From Sphyrna mokarran (taxonomy: Eukaryota): 64,000 nucleotides of DNA. Below, one piece after another: positions 25,778 through 38,504 of the stretch (its first letter is position 1; every line of letters starts with the position of its first letter). The stretch is taken from assembly GCA_024679065.1 (NCBI GenBank), contig JAGIQG010000009.1, positions 62,000,001 through 62,064,000 on the forward strand. Reading direction: 5' to 3'. Made by a program: the position numbers and the translations under genes. Under the pieces are notes generated by a model, which saw only the letters and a program-made list of their open reading frames with translations, did not search any database and was not told where the DNA came from.

Positions 25778-26230
25778 GGGCAGGGTTTTTCAGTCCTCCC
25801 TGCATGTGGAATCTTCTGATCCTGCCGAAGGCGACCCCTGGCCCCCTTGCGGTGGGCTCCCTGGTGGCAGGGTTGGTGAGTTATGTAAAACACTGTCGAC
25901 ATCGATGGGACTGTGGGTACAATTTTATTCTTTAAAAAGCGTTTAAATATTTCAGCAGATGTTCTAATGAATTGCTGAGGTTTTTTTTATTCCTTGTTGG
26001 CTGATTGTTTGAAGTTTATGTTTTCAGGTTCTTTCAAAAAGCGTGTGTAAGATTGGTATTGAGGGATATCGGCCAAATGCCAGCAACTAGGACTAGCTTA
26101 AATGGTAAAAGCTGGGAAGCATGGGACAAGTTGGGCCGAAGGGCCTGTTTCCATTGCTGTAAATCTCTATGACTCAATACTGCTAGCAGCCATTGGCAAA
26201 GGGACTCTGCCTCCTGAGAATCCCACCCCA
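25778..26230. mobile_element. MITE interrupted by an inverted local segment plus a CR1 tail
   Basis: gggcagggttttt...gagaatcccacccc termini. Confidence 0.6.
26041..26175 (+). mobile_element. 5'-truncated CR1-type LINE tail
   Basis: gagggatatcggccaaatg...ttgggccgaagggcctgtttcc...ctctatgactc. Confidence 0.85.
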
Positions 26231-26370
26231 GAATTTTTTTTCAGTAATTGATAACATTCATTGACTGCTTGGGATGGGAATACAGATTTGCAGCCGTTTT
26301 AAAACAAATTAATTGCAGATATGCTTTTAATACAACATGCTGCTAAATTTCTCTTTATTTCTCCTTTCAG

Positions 26371-26479
26371 AAATCAAAGGAAAAGATAGGCTGCATGTGG
26401 AATGAGACCAGATAACGGAACCAAGTGAAATGAGCCTGTAAACAGCTATGAAAAGAATGGAAAAGGGTTTTTTTTCAAT
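26371..26479 (+). other. Candidate non-coding exon
   Basis: Long pyrimidine tract ending ctcctttcAG; donor gtaagt; stops in all three frames. Confidence 0.35.
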
Positions 26480-27272
26480 GTAAGTTTTTACTCTTCCTTA
26501 TTAGTTGCCTTCAGAGTAAATTGAATAAAGACTTGATACGACTGTTTTGATTTTTATTGTAAATCTTTCTAAGTCACTGTGTTTCTTTATTTCAATCCTC
26601 ACCAATTTGCTACAATGCTGGCAGGAAGTAATTAAATGTAAAGGAGACAAATGTGTTTTAGGAATGTACGGCTGGATCATTTTGTTCTTCATTCAGCCTT
26701 TAGTTGAACATTTGGCTTCATCATTCTCAACTAGCTCATTTGTAGGACAGATTGCTTGTCTATAGTGCCTCACGTGTGACAAAATGATACAAAGTCTTTT
26801 AACACAGTATGTGGAACAGGAAGAGGAAGAAAAACAATGATTCAAAAAGGCCAATTCTGGAGATGACATTGGGAAATGGTGAGGGTTGTACAGGCAGAGG
26901 ATGAAAAAGCAAGGGAGGGGAGAGACAAGTGAGAATGAAAGAGGGGAGAAAAAGAGTTGGGTGGAGGGAAAAGAGATACAATGAGAATGAAATGAAATCC
27001 CCTACTCGTGATATGGTAGTGACCTGCTGAGGGTAGGTCCTCTGCTCATTATTTCACAACTTGTGCTTTCCTCTTGAGTTGCTCAGAAGAGCCTCCCATT
27101 TCAAATCTCAACAAGCAATGAGAAAAGAAACAGGAGGTAGCTTCCTGTTGCCTTCCTCATGCATACTTAAAGGAAATACAAATCCTTTTCCTGAAGGAGC
27201 CTCAGCATAAACAGCCCTTGTCCCTTGGGGTTCTCGCACTTCTGTTGAAAATTCACTTGTTCTACCATATAA

Positions 27273-27500
27273 ACAAGAAATCTAAATATTGCAGATGTTG
27301 GAGATTGGAAATAAAAGCAGAAAGTGCAGGAAAAAAAACTCAGCAAGTCTGATAACATCAATGGAAAGAAGAGAGTTAACACTTTGAGTCCAATATGATT
27401 CTTTGGAAGAGCCATATTGGACTCAAAACATTAACTCTGTTTCTCTCACCGCAGATATTGCCAGACATGCTGAGTTTTGAGTACTTTCTGCTTTTATATT
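27273..27500. mobile_element. Foldback Penelope-like terminal element (family B), degenerate hammerhead
   Basis: tgcagatgttggag...ctcagcaagtctg...gttaac / gagccatattggactcaaaacattaac...gccagacatgctgag inverted arms. Confidence 0.75.
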
Positions 27501-28288
27501 CATTGGTTTATAATCACCATTGGACATGGCTCATGACTCTGAGTATGGGGCAACCCATAAAAGGACATAAAAGTCATCCCCAGAAGTCTCACATGACCAT
27601 GCGATGCCTGATTATGACAACCACTCAGATCCCCAAACACAGAAAAGAGCAGCAATAGATGAGGAAAGTAAGATAGAAACAAGCACTTGCCGAATTAGGA
27701 TGCCATCAGTTTACAGGTTGTCTAAATCCGTGTACTAATCTAAAAAAAAAACGCCTTTGTGCCTGAGTTGTGCCACCAATTGCCACCTTGTCAAAATTCT
27801 TGAATTTTCAAAGCGAAAACATCTGGTGCATCATGCAACATCTGGTATTTTGGTTTCCAGTGCAATATGTTACTAATGAGGAATGCTTTTTCATATACAA
27901 AACCTTTTGAAGCATCATTACAGGGTACCTTCTTTATATTACATCTTTCCATTTTTCCCCTTGAATTGAACATAAAAAAGAATTACCACACATGAAAATA
28001 GAAGGCTTCAGCCTCTTATTAAATCACACTTCTTGCTAACAAAAATCCATTGGTGGGATTTATCATGAGTTTTTAAACAGGTCTGACAAAACTATTTTTA
28101 TAGCTAAGTATTACTTATAGACAAAGCTCAATTTTGAATTTATTATTTGGGGCGCAAATTCTGACTTACTTCTTCATCCAGATTAAAGGAAATATGAAGC
28201 TTTGCAAGGCTAAATGATCAGATCCACACTTAGTAATCAGAAGTAAGAGTAGGTTTACTAGCATGGTGTAAAGCAATGATCATACAAC

Positions 28289-28589
28289 CATAGAATTCCT
28301 ACAGTGCAGAAGGAGGCCATTCAGCCCATTGAGCCTACATTGATAACAATCCCACACAGACCCTAAATTTATATCCCAATGTAATCACATTGCTAATCCC
28401 CCTGACACTGAGAGTAAATTTATCATGGCCAATCAACCTAAACCGTGGGAGGAAACCGGAGCACCCACAGGAAACCCACGCAGATGCAGAGAGAATGTTT
28501 AAACTCCAAACTGACAGTCACTGAAGACCAGAATTGAATCTGTGTCCCTGCGAAGCAGCAATGCTAACCATTGTGCCACCGTGCTGCCC
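28289..28589 (-). mobile_element. HE1-like V-SINE
   Basis: Core match. Confidence 0.9.
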
Positions 28590-29032
28590 TAAATGTTGAT
28601 GTCATGTGATAACTTGAATCCCTCCCATTAATAATCCTGGAGCACTATGGGGAGATGGGAATCAGGGAATAATCTCCGTCAATAGAGTTTTGGTTAATAA
28701 TGGTTAGAGTTAGCTTTAGTCTTTTGGGGCTGGGAATAGCCAAATATCTAGAATTGTCCACTCTGGATCGGCTTCCAATAAACTCTAGTGGTTAGTCCAT
28801 GATTGTGATCATTGAGCAAGACAGGGTTGCCTTCAGCAGTCTTTTCCTCTGTGGTTGAAACACTCAGTGCGCCAATCAACACATGCAGAATGGGCACTTG
28901 GGACAGGTATCACAAAACCAGACAGCAGTAAAATCCCACACTTTACATCTTGCCAAAGAAGAGGAGAAAGAAACTGGCAAAATGAATAAATTGCTTCTGT
29001 GTGGTTTCCCTCTTCCTGTATTTCCTTCCTCA

Positions 29033-29292
29033 TGATGTGGAGATGCTGGCGTTGGACTGGGTGAACACAGTAAGAAGTATCACAATACCAGGTTAAAGTC
29101 CAACAGGTTTATTTGGCAGCAAACGCCACTAGCTTTTGGAGCTTTGCCCCTTCGTCAGGTGAGTGGGGAGTGTGTGATCAGAACTCCCCACTTAACATGA
29201 CGAAGGGGGAAAAGCCCTGAAAGTTAGTGGTGTTTACTACCAAATAAACCTGTTTGACTTTAACCTGGTGTTGTGAGACTTCTTGCTGTGTT
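29033..29292. mobile_element. Foldback Penelope-like terminal element (family A) with two hammerhead cores
   Basis: Arms 29064-29171 and 29183-29292 are reverse complements. Confidence 0.85.
29127..29161 (-). ncRNA. Minimal type I hammerhead ribozyme motif (one core substitution)
   Basis: cac-CUGACGA-a-ggggc-aaa-gcucc-(A)AAA-gc-UA-gug: stem I cac/gug, stem II, palindromic stem III; G of GAAA changed to A. Confidence 0.6.
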
Positions 29293-31658
29293 TTCCCCTT
29301 CCCCAGATATAGCATGGCGAAAAGGGACTTTTAAGCAGTGACGTATGTTAATAGTAACCTGTACGTACAGAAGTGAATTTCAGTTACATTGAAGTATTAG
29401 TCAGCAGCATACTGCTCATTATCACAGCATCGAATGAATGTTTTAATGCAATGTCTAACACAATTGCCATTTAAACTAATGTGTGAATTGAAGATGGAAT
29501 CTATTGTCTTAAGAAATCAAAACATGTTAAGCTTCTGAATTTAAAAAGAGCAAGCACTCGAAAATGCAACAAAGCAGGCATTCATCACCGGAAACAATAG
29601 GACATTGTTTCTTGCTGAAATAAATTGAAAGTAAAGACTTAGAGCTGTTGTGTGAGACAGTTCTTCAGGGGGTATTGTTAACTTTGGTGTGTAGAGAGCC
29701 AAGTATATTCTAGACATCATTCTTCACAATTAGTTCCATAAAGAACGTGCTTTGTTTGCAGTATATCTAATATTTTCCATTACCTTTTAATTGTCAATCC
29801 ATTCAGGAGCAAGTCTTGTATGTGTTTATTGCAAAAAAAACTTTAGTGCAATTATTTGCCCCTCAGTGACATGGATTGATCAGTGCAACATATAGGAAAA
29901 TGATTAGATCATCAGCTAACTAATTATGGAAATAGGATGCAGCAAATAATATAGGACCCAAGCTGGGTCTGGTAAAGATCTTGTTCCAAGAAAAGTTTTT
30001 TATAAATTCTTACCTGCCACAAAAAATGGTTCGTACACTAAAACAGACTGAACCACAATGTCACCTATCTAATGTTGTTATCAATGATGGATCCATCACA
30101 TCTCCAATTTTTCCACATTCTCTTGAAGTCTATTTAGTAACTGTCAAAAATGATCACTGCAAAGAGTGCCATCGATAAAGACAACTTTAAATACTTTATT
30201 TGGAGACATCATTATACAAGAGGCCAATATACAATTTGTATGCACATTTTCAAAATTGTTCGATCAAAACTGTCAAAATTGGGTGCTATGTTATGACTCA
30301 GACCCAACTGTACAATCCCTTCTTTTGTTGGTTAGAGAGCAAAAGACTCTATTAGAAGAGAACTGTTCTCAACTAACACTACATAAATATTCATGTTATT
30401 ATTATTCCCAGTGTGGTTTTTAAGGATGTTAGGCACAAAATATCTTTCCACATTTGCCTACAACCATTCCTGCACTTTGAAAACACTCATTGTATGTGAA
30501 GCATTTGGAGTATTTTGAGGATCTATATCAATGCAGATTTATTTTTTTTTGCTTGTTAACTTTTTGAGGAAACAACAGATTATTAGCAGATAACCAACAT
30601 AATTCATCCAAGTTCAGAGCGAGATATTCTCGCTTGCTATAAAATACTTGATTTACTTCAATTCCAAATACTGCCACACCACCCTTTTAAATGCAGCTGT
30701 GACACAAAACAAACATAAATCTGTGCTCCTTAGACACTATGAACCTATATAAGGGGTTCTCTTTGTGTGTGTTGGGAAGAGCTGATGTCTGAGAGGTGGG
30801 GAGAGTGGCCTTGAGATGGTGGTGGTGGTGGGGAGTGGATATCTGATGTCTGCAAGGGGGATGGGGTTGAGACATCCTTTATAAATGGTACCCTGATCTC
30901 CATGGAGACAGTCTTGCTGGCTCCATCAGCCCCGCCTTAGTGATGGAGTAATCCCCACCTGCTGATTTAGTTTCCCCAGAGAGGGTGAAGATCTGGACTG
31001 AAAAAAACATGCTTTATAGCTGGAGAAGCACATGCCGGTTTTGAGTCAAAGCCTGACACTTTGGGAAAATCCCTCAGTTAAATTAGAATGAGCGGAGAGA
31101 CACAAGCCAGCGGTGATCTGTGGGCACCTGGTCTGCACCAAAGAAAAGTTTATCAGAATCTTTACCCGTTAGATCTTAAAGTCTCTAAAACCCACTCAGT
31201 AAAATGCCGAGAAAGATTAGCATTGCAGTTGGAATGGATGAAAGCCTTTTTTTATGAATGCTTTTATTTCAAATGGAAATAACTGTACAAGATACGTCAG
31301 CAGTGTGTGTATTGTTGAAGTGTATAAGCACAAAACTTTGTCTTCGATAGACTGAAGTTGAATGTATTTTTTTAAGAAAGGCTGAGGCAAGCAGCCAACT
31401 GGTTATACAACAGAATTTGTAATGATCCTCCTCCAGACAATGGAAATGTTCATCCACTGTACTCGGGCAGAGTAAGCGTCCTACGAGAGAAAATGTGAGT
31501 CAGTGGTGAGTTGTTCAGAGACAAAACCTCAGTTGCACGCATTTGCCCATTCCAAAAATCAATTTGAATCACAGTTTGCTAAATCAGCTGTGCTTGATGT
31601 ATAAAGGTAAAAGACTCATATACATGGAGCCAGCATTACAGCCAACATTAAACTGCTG

Positions 31659-31910
31659 TGTTACAACCAGGTGAAGAAGGGGATAAAAGGCTTTCCTTCT
31701 TGCCCTCTCCTCATTTGATCACAATAAGGATCTTTCTTCAGAAGCATATACTTTTGCCAATTTCCCAAGAGCTTAATTATTTACACATTGTGAAGATAAA
31801 AGAATCACTAGAGTAGCCTTTCTTGAGTTGAACAAAGAAAGTTAGATCAGTTAAGGACAATAAAACTAAGTAAAATAACAACGCACACAACATACAAAAT
31901 ACACACTCAA
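31659..31910. mobile_element. LTR-like repeat fragment
   Basis: Begins tgttac; resembles a common shark solo-LTR-like repeat as I recall it. Confidence 0.35.
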
Positions 31911-33344
31911 TGGGCCAGGGCTTGGCCCAGCCCTTGGCCCCTTGCCCAAATTTGAGGAGCCCAAGTGGGCAATTAATGACTGACTGCTCAAGGGTTGTTT
32001 TTCACTCATCCTCAATATTCCTGCAGGAGTAGTTCGGGGAGGGTTGGGGTGTAAGTAACCCTGTTCATGCATCTAGCAGGAAGGCAGGTCACTCCTAAAG
32101 GTCTGGCCCCTGCTGGTCCTTCTTCCCCCACTGGTCTGTCCATCAGTCCCACTCCTCCATCGCCTTCCGCCCCCAATCCCAAGTGTCATCTCCCCTCTCT
32201 GAGACCCTCCAAAACTTACCGGATCCTGGATTGCCAGAACTTATGGTGAAATTTTATCAGCACATCTGCTTGAGGTTTGTGCATCCCACCTGAGGCCAAT
32301 GGAGAATGCTGTTTTCCAAGCCTCACAGGCGTGCTGGTAAAATCCTGTCCTTAGTCTCAGTACTGATTGCAGTCACAGTCCTTCTACTGCTGCTGGGACA
32401 ATAGAACTTTCAGCCAATCAGATTGGCCAGCAACGTTCTAAGGTGGGACTTCTTCCTGAGGAAGAGGCAGAAGTTCTGCCAGCAGCAACGGATGCAACTT
32501 GGGGTGTTAAATGACTACAGGGCAGCCAGTATCTGAATCCTCAGATGGCAGGAATGCTAGCCCCAGCATTGGTGAAATAGCTGGCGTCAAGTTGAATTGG
32601 CTGTTCTCAGTAACTCCAATTTAAAATGTAGACAATGGAGTTGGTTGTTTGTTGAGAAATGGTAGTGTTGGGTTGGAGTGTTTTAAGAAACCTCTGTCTG
32701 CAGCAGGATGATCACTGTCAGAAAACATGGCTTGAAGCTTACAAGTGGATTGAAGAAAAATGGTAGGACTCCACTTCTGTCATCTCCCTAATTTACTTGT
32801 CAGCAGTTCTGCTGCAAAAATATGTGCCAAAAACATACAAAGGGTTGGCTTGTCATTTGATTTTTCTTCTCTAACTGCTGAGGAATTCATAAAAAAGTAT
32901 CATCCATGTATTCCAAAGACATCATGATTAACTCATATCTGGAAGCCAACTTAGTTAGCCACATTGTCCAAGCAAATCTTAATGGTCCACCTCTAACAGT
33001 TAAATACCTTAAGTGATCGCCACAGAGGCCTTATTAATGTAACAGATGTGAGTCCTTCACATTCCCACAAGTCATTGTTTTTGATGAATGAATGAACTTA
33101 AATATCGAATGTATAGTAATGCAAATTGGGATTAGCTATCTTGGTGTGAATTCAAGTCACTTTTTCTTCTGTGTTTTTAAAAAGTTTATTTTTAAAACTG
33201 CATTTCATGTTTTCAGCCAGTGGATTAAAAACCAATATTTGGCATAAAGCAAATCTTCATGACAACTTATACACTTCAATGCACCTTTGTGCTTCAAGTC
33301 ACATCTCAGTACTTCGGTGCAACCATTGACTCAGTGTTCCCTCT

Positions 33345-33585
33345 CAGGAACTATATGGCAAAGTTTGAACAAGAGCCCCAAGGATCCTCAGTGTCCTGGG
33401 CAATATTTATCCCTCAATCAACGTCACAACAACAAACAGATCATTTGATCATGACCATTTATTTATTCAATATAGCTGTCACATTTCCTGCATTATAATG
33501 TTTGCTCTTCAAATGTGCATTCTCTGCAGATCGTCCATGAAATGTCCTGAGTTTGTGAAAGGTGCAACATAAATGCAATGCTTTC
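33345..33585 (+). mobile_element. Deu-domain SINE remnant
   Basis: gtgtcctgggcaatatttatccctcaatcaacgtcac...gtgaaaggtgcaacataaatgcaa. Confidence 0.75.
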
Positions 33586-33739
33586 TATATTGCGTTTCTA
33601 TATTAAGGATTCATAAGTATGAGACTAGTTATTTTCTTCTATTTAGCTGATTATTGCAGGAAAGTATAATCAATTACTACATTTCCCTTGAAAGGCAGGG
33701 GGTAAGTGAGGAGATTGTAAGCACACAATGAGATACGTG

Positions 33740-34060
33740 CCATAAATAGTGCCCAGTATCAAGAATAGAAAGTAACTCGGAGCATCCAAAACCAGGGGCC
33801 ATAAATTTAAGATAGTCACTGATAAGTCCAATAAGGAATTCAGGATAAATCTCTGAACCCAGAGACTGAGAACATTGTGCAATATGTTGTCACATGGAGT
33901 AAGTAAGACAAATCGCATAGATCTATCTAAGGGGAAGCTAGGTAGCTGCATGAGGGACAAAAGAAACAAAGTAGATGCTGTTAGAGAGAGATAAAGTAGG
34001 GTAAGGGAGGCTCATGACCAATACAGACCATTTGGTCTGACAGTCTCCTTCAGGCCTTGA
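33740..34060 (+). mobile_element. CR1-type LINE 3' remnant
   Basis: accaggggccataaatttaagatagtcact...ttcaggataaatctctgaacccagaga. Confidence 0.7.
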
Positions 34061-35293
34061 ATTGAATAAGTAATTCTTCGTAACCATGCAGTTTCAAAGC
34101 TGTGGTATATAGCTGACAGCAGAGCTAAACATTACAACAAAGGTGGATGGATGCAAAATGAAAGCAGCATCAATTCCATCACAAATCATCTGTTACTGTT
34201 GTGTTCAACTTGTGAGAAAACATTTGACTAGATTACCATCCTGTGTAATAGTCAGCAAAGCTGCAACAGAAGTGATCCAGAGAGCAAGGACACAAAACCA
34301 AAAGCTTTGAAGACTCTCATCCCAATATTTTGTGTCTAGGTATATGATTTGTACCTGTAAATATAGGTGACAAAACAGTTACAATTATAGCTGGAACTTA
34401 CATACATGTAGTTAACATCACGGAATGAGGCACCAATATTTGGCATTCCTGCCACCCAGTATGTATTAAATAGGTCACTTTAATCTGTTTTGCTGTGCAG
34501 TCAAACCAGAGCTTTTAACTGATGATGAGCTAGAAACAGCCTTATTCAATGCATTGGAGCTTAAAGTGGCTCTTCCACTTGAAGATGGGAGAGCTAGAAA
34601 ATAACAGATGTACAAATCATTCGGAAACTTGTAAGGGATGGGAAAAAGTAAATATAACACTGATGGTTATACCAAGCATTCTGTAATTGTGCTGCAGATT
34701 AAATAAAGCTTCAAACAACACAGTGGGAGGAAAAGACCCATTGGCAAAAACTACACTTGTGCAGGCAGATTAATTTTCTTAAGCACGACACACAAGGCGT
34801 TACATTTAGCTCCTGGCCTGTGCTGGGGAACGAACCTTACCACCCGAATTTTTTGTAGGAGGAAGGGGAAACTGAAAGTGGCATCCAACATTTTTCCCAG
34901 TGGGTAGATAGAGGACCAGCTCCAATTGCATACTTGTTGTAGGTTGATCCGTCCCATTGTCACAACCAGAGCAACAGAAGGCAGGAACTTAGACTGACAA
35001 TCTCATGAAGTTTGAATCAGTCCAGATGACTTTGCTATCAATAGTCTTGTAATCGAAGCAATCAGCAAATATTCCCCACACTTTTTTTTAGGCTGAGGAA
35101 GGAAAGAGAAAACATTGCAGTCTTTGATACTTATGATGATTGGAGCTTTACTCCTCATTTTTTTTAAAGTAGTTTTTAGCTTATTGTAAGGAAAACTGAC
35201 CAAATTATCTTTTTAAAAATTAAATGTTTCAACGTTTCATTTCACAGCATGTCATCTTTGATGGACTAAATTTTCCATTTGAAAATCCAACAG

Positions 35294-35402
35294 TGGACAA
35301 GATTTTCCAACCGCACTCGTCTTGAAACTGGAAAATTCCTTTTCCTGGTCCGCCCTTTGCCTGCTATGAATCCTGTGGTGGGCAGAATGGGAAAATTCAG
35401 CC
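35294..35402. mobile_element. MITE
   Basis: ggacaagattttcc...ggaaaattcagcc termini. Confidence 0.6.
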
Positions 35403-35477
35403 TGTGAATGCAACATAGAACTTCAAGCACAGAAATGGGCCATTTGATCCAACTATTAGCTTCCTGTACTTTACTGA

Positions 35478-35658
35478 GGGCCATTAGCTCAGTTGGCTGA
35501 ACAGCTGGTTTGTGATGCAGAGTAATAGCAACAGCGCAGGTTCAATTCCTGTACTGGCTGAAGGCATCTTAACCTTGCTCCTGCCTTTAGGCATGGTAAT
35601 CCTCAGGTTAAATCACCACGAGTCACAGTCTGTGGTCATCTGGACGACTTTACCTTAC
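35478..35658 (+). mobile_element. tRNA-derived SINE (non-HE1 family)
   Basis: A-box tagctcagttgg, B-box ggttcaattcc, body cctcaggttaaatcaccac. Confidence 0.7.
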
Positions 35659-35687
35659 CCAATTCATTGTATTGTCTCAAGTCGGAC

Positions 35688-36295
35688 AGCACAGTGTCGT
35701 GCCACAGTGGGGGTTGGCACTGCTACCTCACAGTGCCAGGGACTCGGGTTTGATTCCCAGCTTGGGTCACTGCCTGTGTGAAGTTTGCATGTTTTCCCCA
35801 TATCTGCATGGGTTTCCTCCAGGTGCTCTAATTTTCTCCTACAGTCTGATTAGAATCATAGAACCCTACATTGCAGAAAGAGGCACTTCGACCCATCGAA
35901 TCTGCACCGACCACAATCCCACCTAGGCCTTACTCCCATATCCCTATATATTTTACTCACTAATTCCTCTAACCTATGCATCTCTGGACATGAAGGGGCA
36001 ATTTTAACACGGCCAGTCAACCTAACCCGCACATCTTTAGACTGAGAGGGGAAACCGGAGCACCTGGAGGAAACCCACGCAGATTTGAGGACAATGTGCA
36101 AGCTCCACCCAGTGACCTAAACCTGGCATCGAATCCAGGTCCCTGGAGCTGTGAAGCAGCAGTGCTAATCACTGTGCAACTGTGCCGCCATGGTATATTG
36201 ATCCGAACAGGCAACAAAGTGTGGGGACTAGGGAAGTTTCACGGTAACTTCACTGCAGTGTTAATGCAAGCCATACTTGTGACGAATAAATAAAC
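35688..36295 (+). mobile_element. V-SINE split by an antisense HE1 insertion (parts 35688-35848 and 36201-36295)
   Basis: Head and core end at cagtctga; tail ccgaacaggc...cttgtgacgaataaataaa resumes after the insert. Confidence 0.8.
35851..36189 (-). mobile_element. HE1-like V-SINE (well conserved)
   Basis: Full-length match. Confidence 0.92.
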
Positions 36296-36767
36296 CTTAC
36301 TTATTTTACACTATCAACAGATCCCTCTATTCCTTTCTCAGATTTAATTATTTTATATCTCTGAGATGCCTTGGGATTTTTGTCTCCACATTAAAAGTGT
36401 TGTCAATCTTCCATCCATTACATATTTAATTTAACTGAAGTTTTGTTTCTATCCATTCTCCAATATGTACTTCATCATAAAAGGTCAGTGTTTGCCAGCT
36501 GTAGAAACAGAGATGGCAACTAATATATCAAGGAACACACCATACAATTTAGGCTGGTTTGATCTAAATCCATTCCACTTTTTAGTTCACTTCTCTGAGT
36601 AACTGAAGATGTAAAGTCTGGAGTCAGCCTTATTTGGTGCATTGGAGCTTAAAAAAAGGCCTTCCATCAGCAGGGTCAAGAGGCAAAAAGTAATGGCTGT
36701 ACGAACCATGCTGTCAAGATGTACAATCCATGATAACAGTATTACTGTGAGTACAGCAGGCATACTG

Positions 36768-36901
36768 ACTGGAATTTTGCAATCTCTTATGCCCCACCGC
36801 CGCTGCCGGTTAGAATGGAGAATTTGGCACTCAGCCAAATTCAATTCACATCAATGGGACTGGAGAATTCCAGCCATGGGTGAGGTCGGAGAATTCCAAC
36901 C
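36768..36901. mobile_element. MITE
   Basis: gactggaattttgc...ggagaattccaacc. Confidence 0.6.
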
Positions 36902-37754
36902 ATAGTTTCAATCAGACCCATTGTTACTTCTACTTCATAAAGTTGGTCTCATGTTAATACGGAGCTAATGCACTGTTGTTGCTCTGGACACACTTTGTAC
37001 AATCATCTTTCCAACAGTATGATGTGGAGTTTACCAGTGTTCTTCATTTGCTGCCATCTAACCCAGGCTGACAGCCAAGGTGACAGTGTTCTCTTTCCAA
37101 TGGCTGTTGAAACAAGATTTGGGCAGCATTAAGACCCCCACAATGGGCACAAGTCCACATATTCAAACCACTCACACCCTCAGCATACTTAGCAGGAGTT
37201 CTGCGCTTTCACTCCAAGGTTCAATGGGAAGTCAGAATGCGGAATACAAAATAAAATTCCTTTGCTGTAGTGTCCTTTGGAGGCTGAAAGTAGGGCTTAC
37301 GAGGGGCAGGAACAGTGAGGAGCTCTGCATTGTAACTAAGTCAGATTTGACAATACTTCAAATAAATTATGCTATCGTAGAAAGATTTTATTTTGTAATG
37401 TGCTGCAATTTGACATTTTAAATACACACACTTATACAAATATTTGTAGCTTTTATTTCAAGCCCCATGCTGTCTAATCAGAATGACTTTCCAACGTTCA
37501 TACAAAAAGATCAGTGGCAACAAATGCACAGACAGATTTTTCCATTCTATTTTAAGGCTGGCTCTCATCTTGTAGGCTGCAGGAGAACTTAACGTTAATC
37601 AGAACAACCTTGTTTTTTTACTTTCTACTGTCACAGAGAGGATGACCAGAGCAGTGTATACCAATTGCAGGAGGTAATGGTGGCAGTGTTCTTGTTTTAG
37701 AATGAAGTAGGTAGTTATCAGACCTGATTAAAATGATACCGTAAGGGATCAAAT

Positions 37755-38088
37755 AGTGGCTAACACTGCTGTCTCACAGCTCCAGGGACCTGGGTTCGAT
37801 TTCTGGCTTAGGTCACTGTCTGTGCGATGTCTGCACATTCTCTCCTTGTCTGTATGGATTTCCTTGTGGTGCTCCAGTTTTCTTTCACAGTCTGAAAGAA
37901 GTGCTGGCTGGGTGCATTGGCCATGCTAAATTTTCTCTCAGTGTACCCGAACAGGTGCCTGATCTATTCATTTGTTTAATTTAATGGAACAGGGAAGCCA
38001 TAGATAGTTGTGAAGGAAACATTAAGGATCAGGGGATTTTTACAGTAGCTTCATTGCAGTGTTAATGTAAGCTTACTAATAAAACAAT
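37755..38088 (+). mobile_element. V-SINE carrying a 69 bp templated insertion
   Basis: Core match; insert at 37960-38028. Confidence 0.9.
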
Positions 38089-38504
38089 AAGATGCCGTGA
38101 ATTTAACATCATCGATTGTCAATAAAGGTTAGGAGAAAAGATGTGAAGAGAATCTTGTTAAAACAACTGAGAAGATTTTGTTTAAAAGTTATGCCACAAA
38201 AACAACCTTTACAATGAATAAGTTCATAATTTTGTTGCAAAGAATGCAACTTTCCTTGTATCCTTGGAATATTGTGAGAAATGATCCACAAAGTGTGACA
38301 GCCTTGTCGGTTGAAATAAACTGGGTGACTAGCACAGCAAGCACTTCTGAAAGATGAACAAATGAGCAGTAAGGAATCATCAACAGGTTGAAGTATCAGT
38401 ATCATGATTCAGATTTGCTCTCCTTAATCCCTTTGATCCCTGGAATTGTAAGCATTATATTCCAAAGAAAACATTGATTCACACAAAGTCAGATACTTGT
38501 ATCA

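Noticed and set aside
29033-29292. miRNA precursor or CRISPR-like repeat
   Set aside because: The hairpin is explained by inverted retroelement ends. No regularly spaced repeat-spacer array exists in the window.
35478-35560. tRNA gene
   Set aside because: A and B boxes are present but there is no acceptor-stem closure and it continues into a SINE body. The same applies to other SINE heads.
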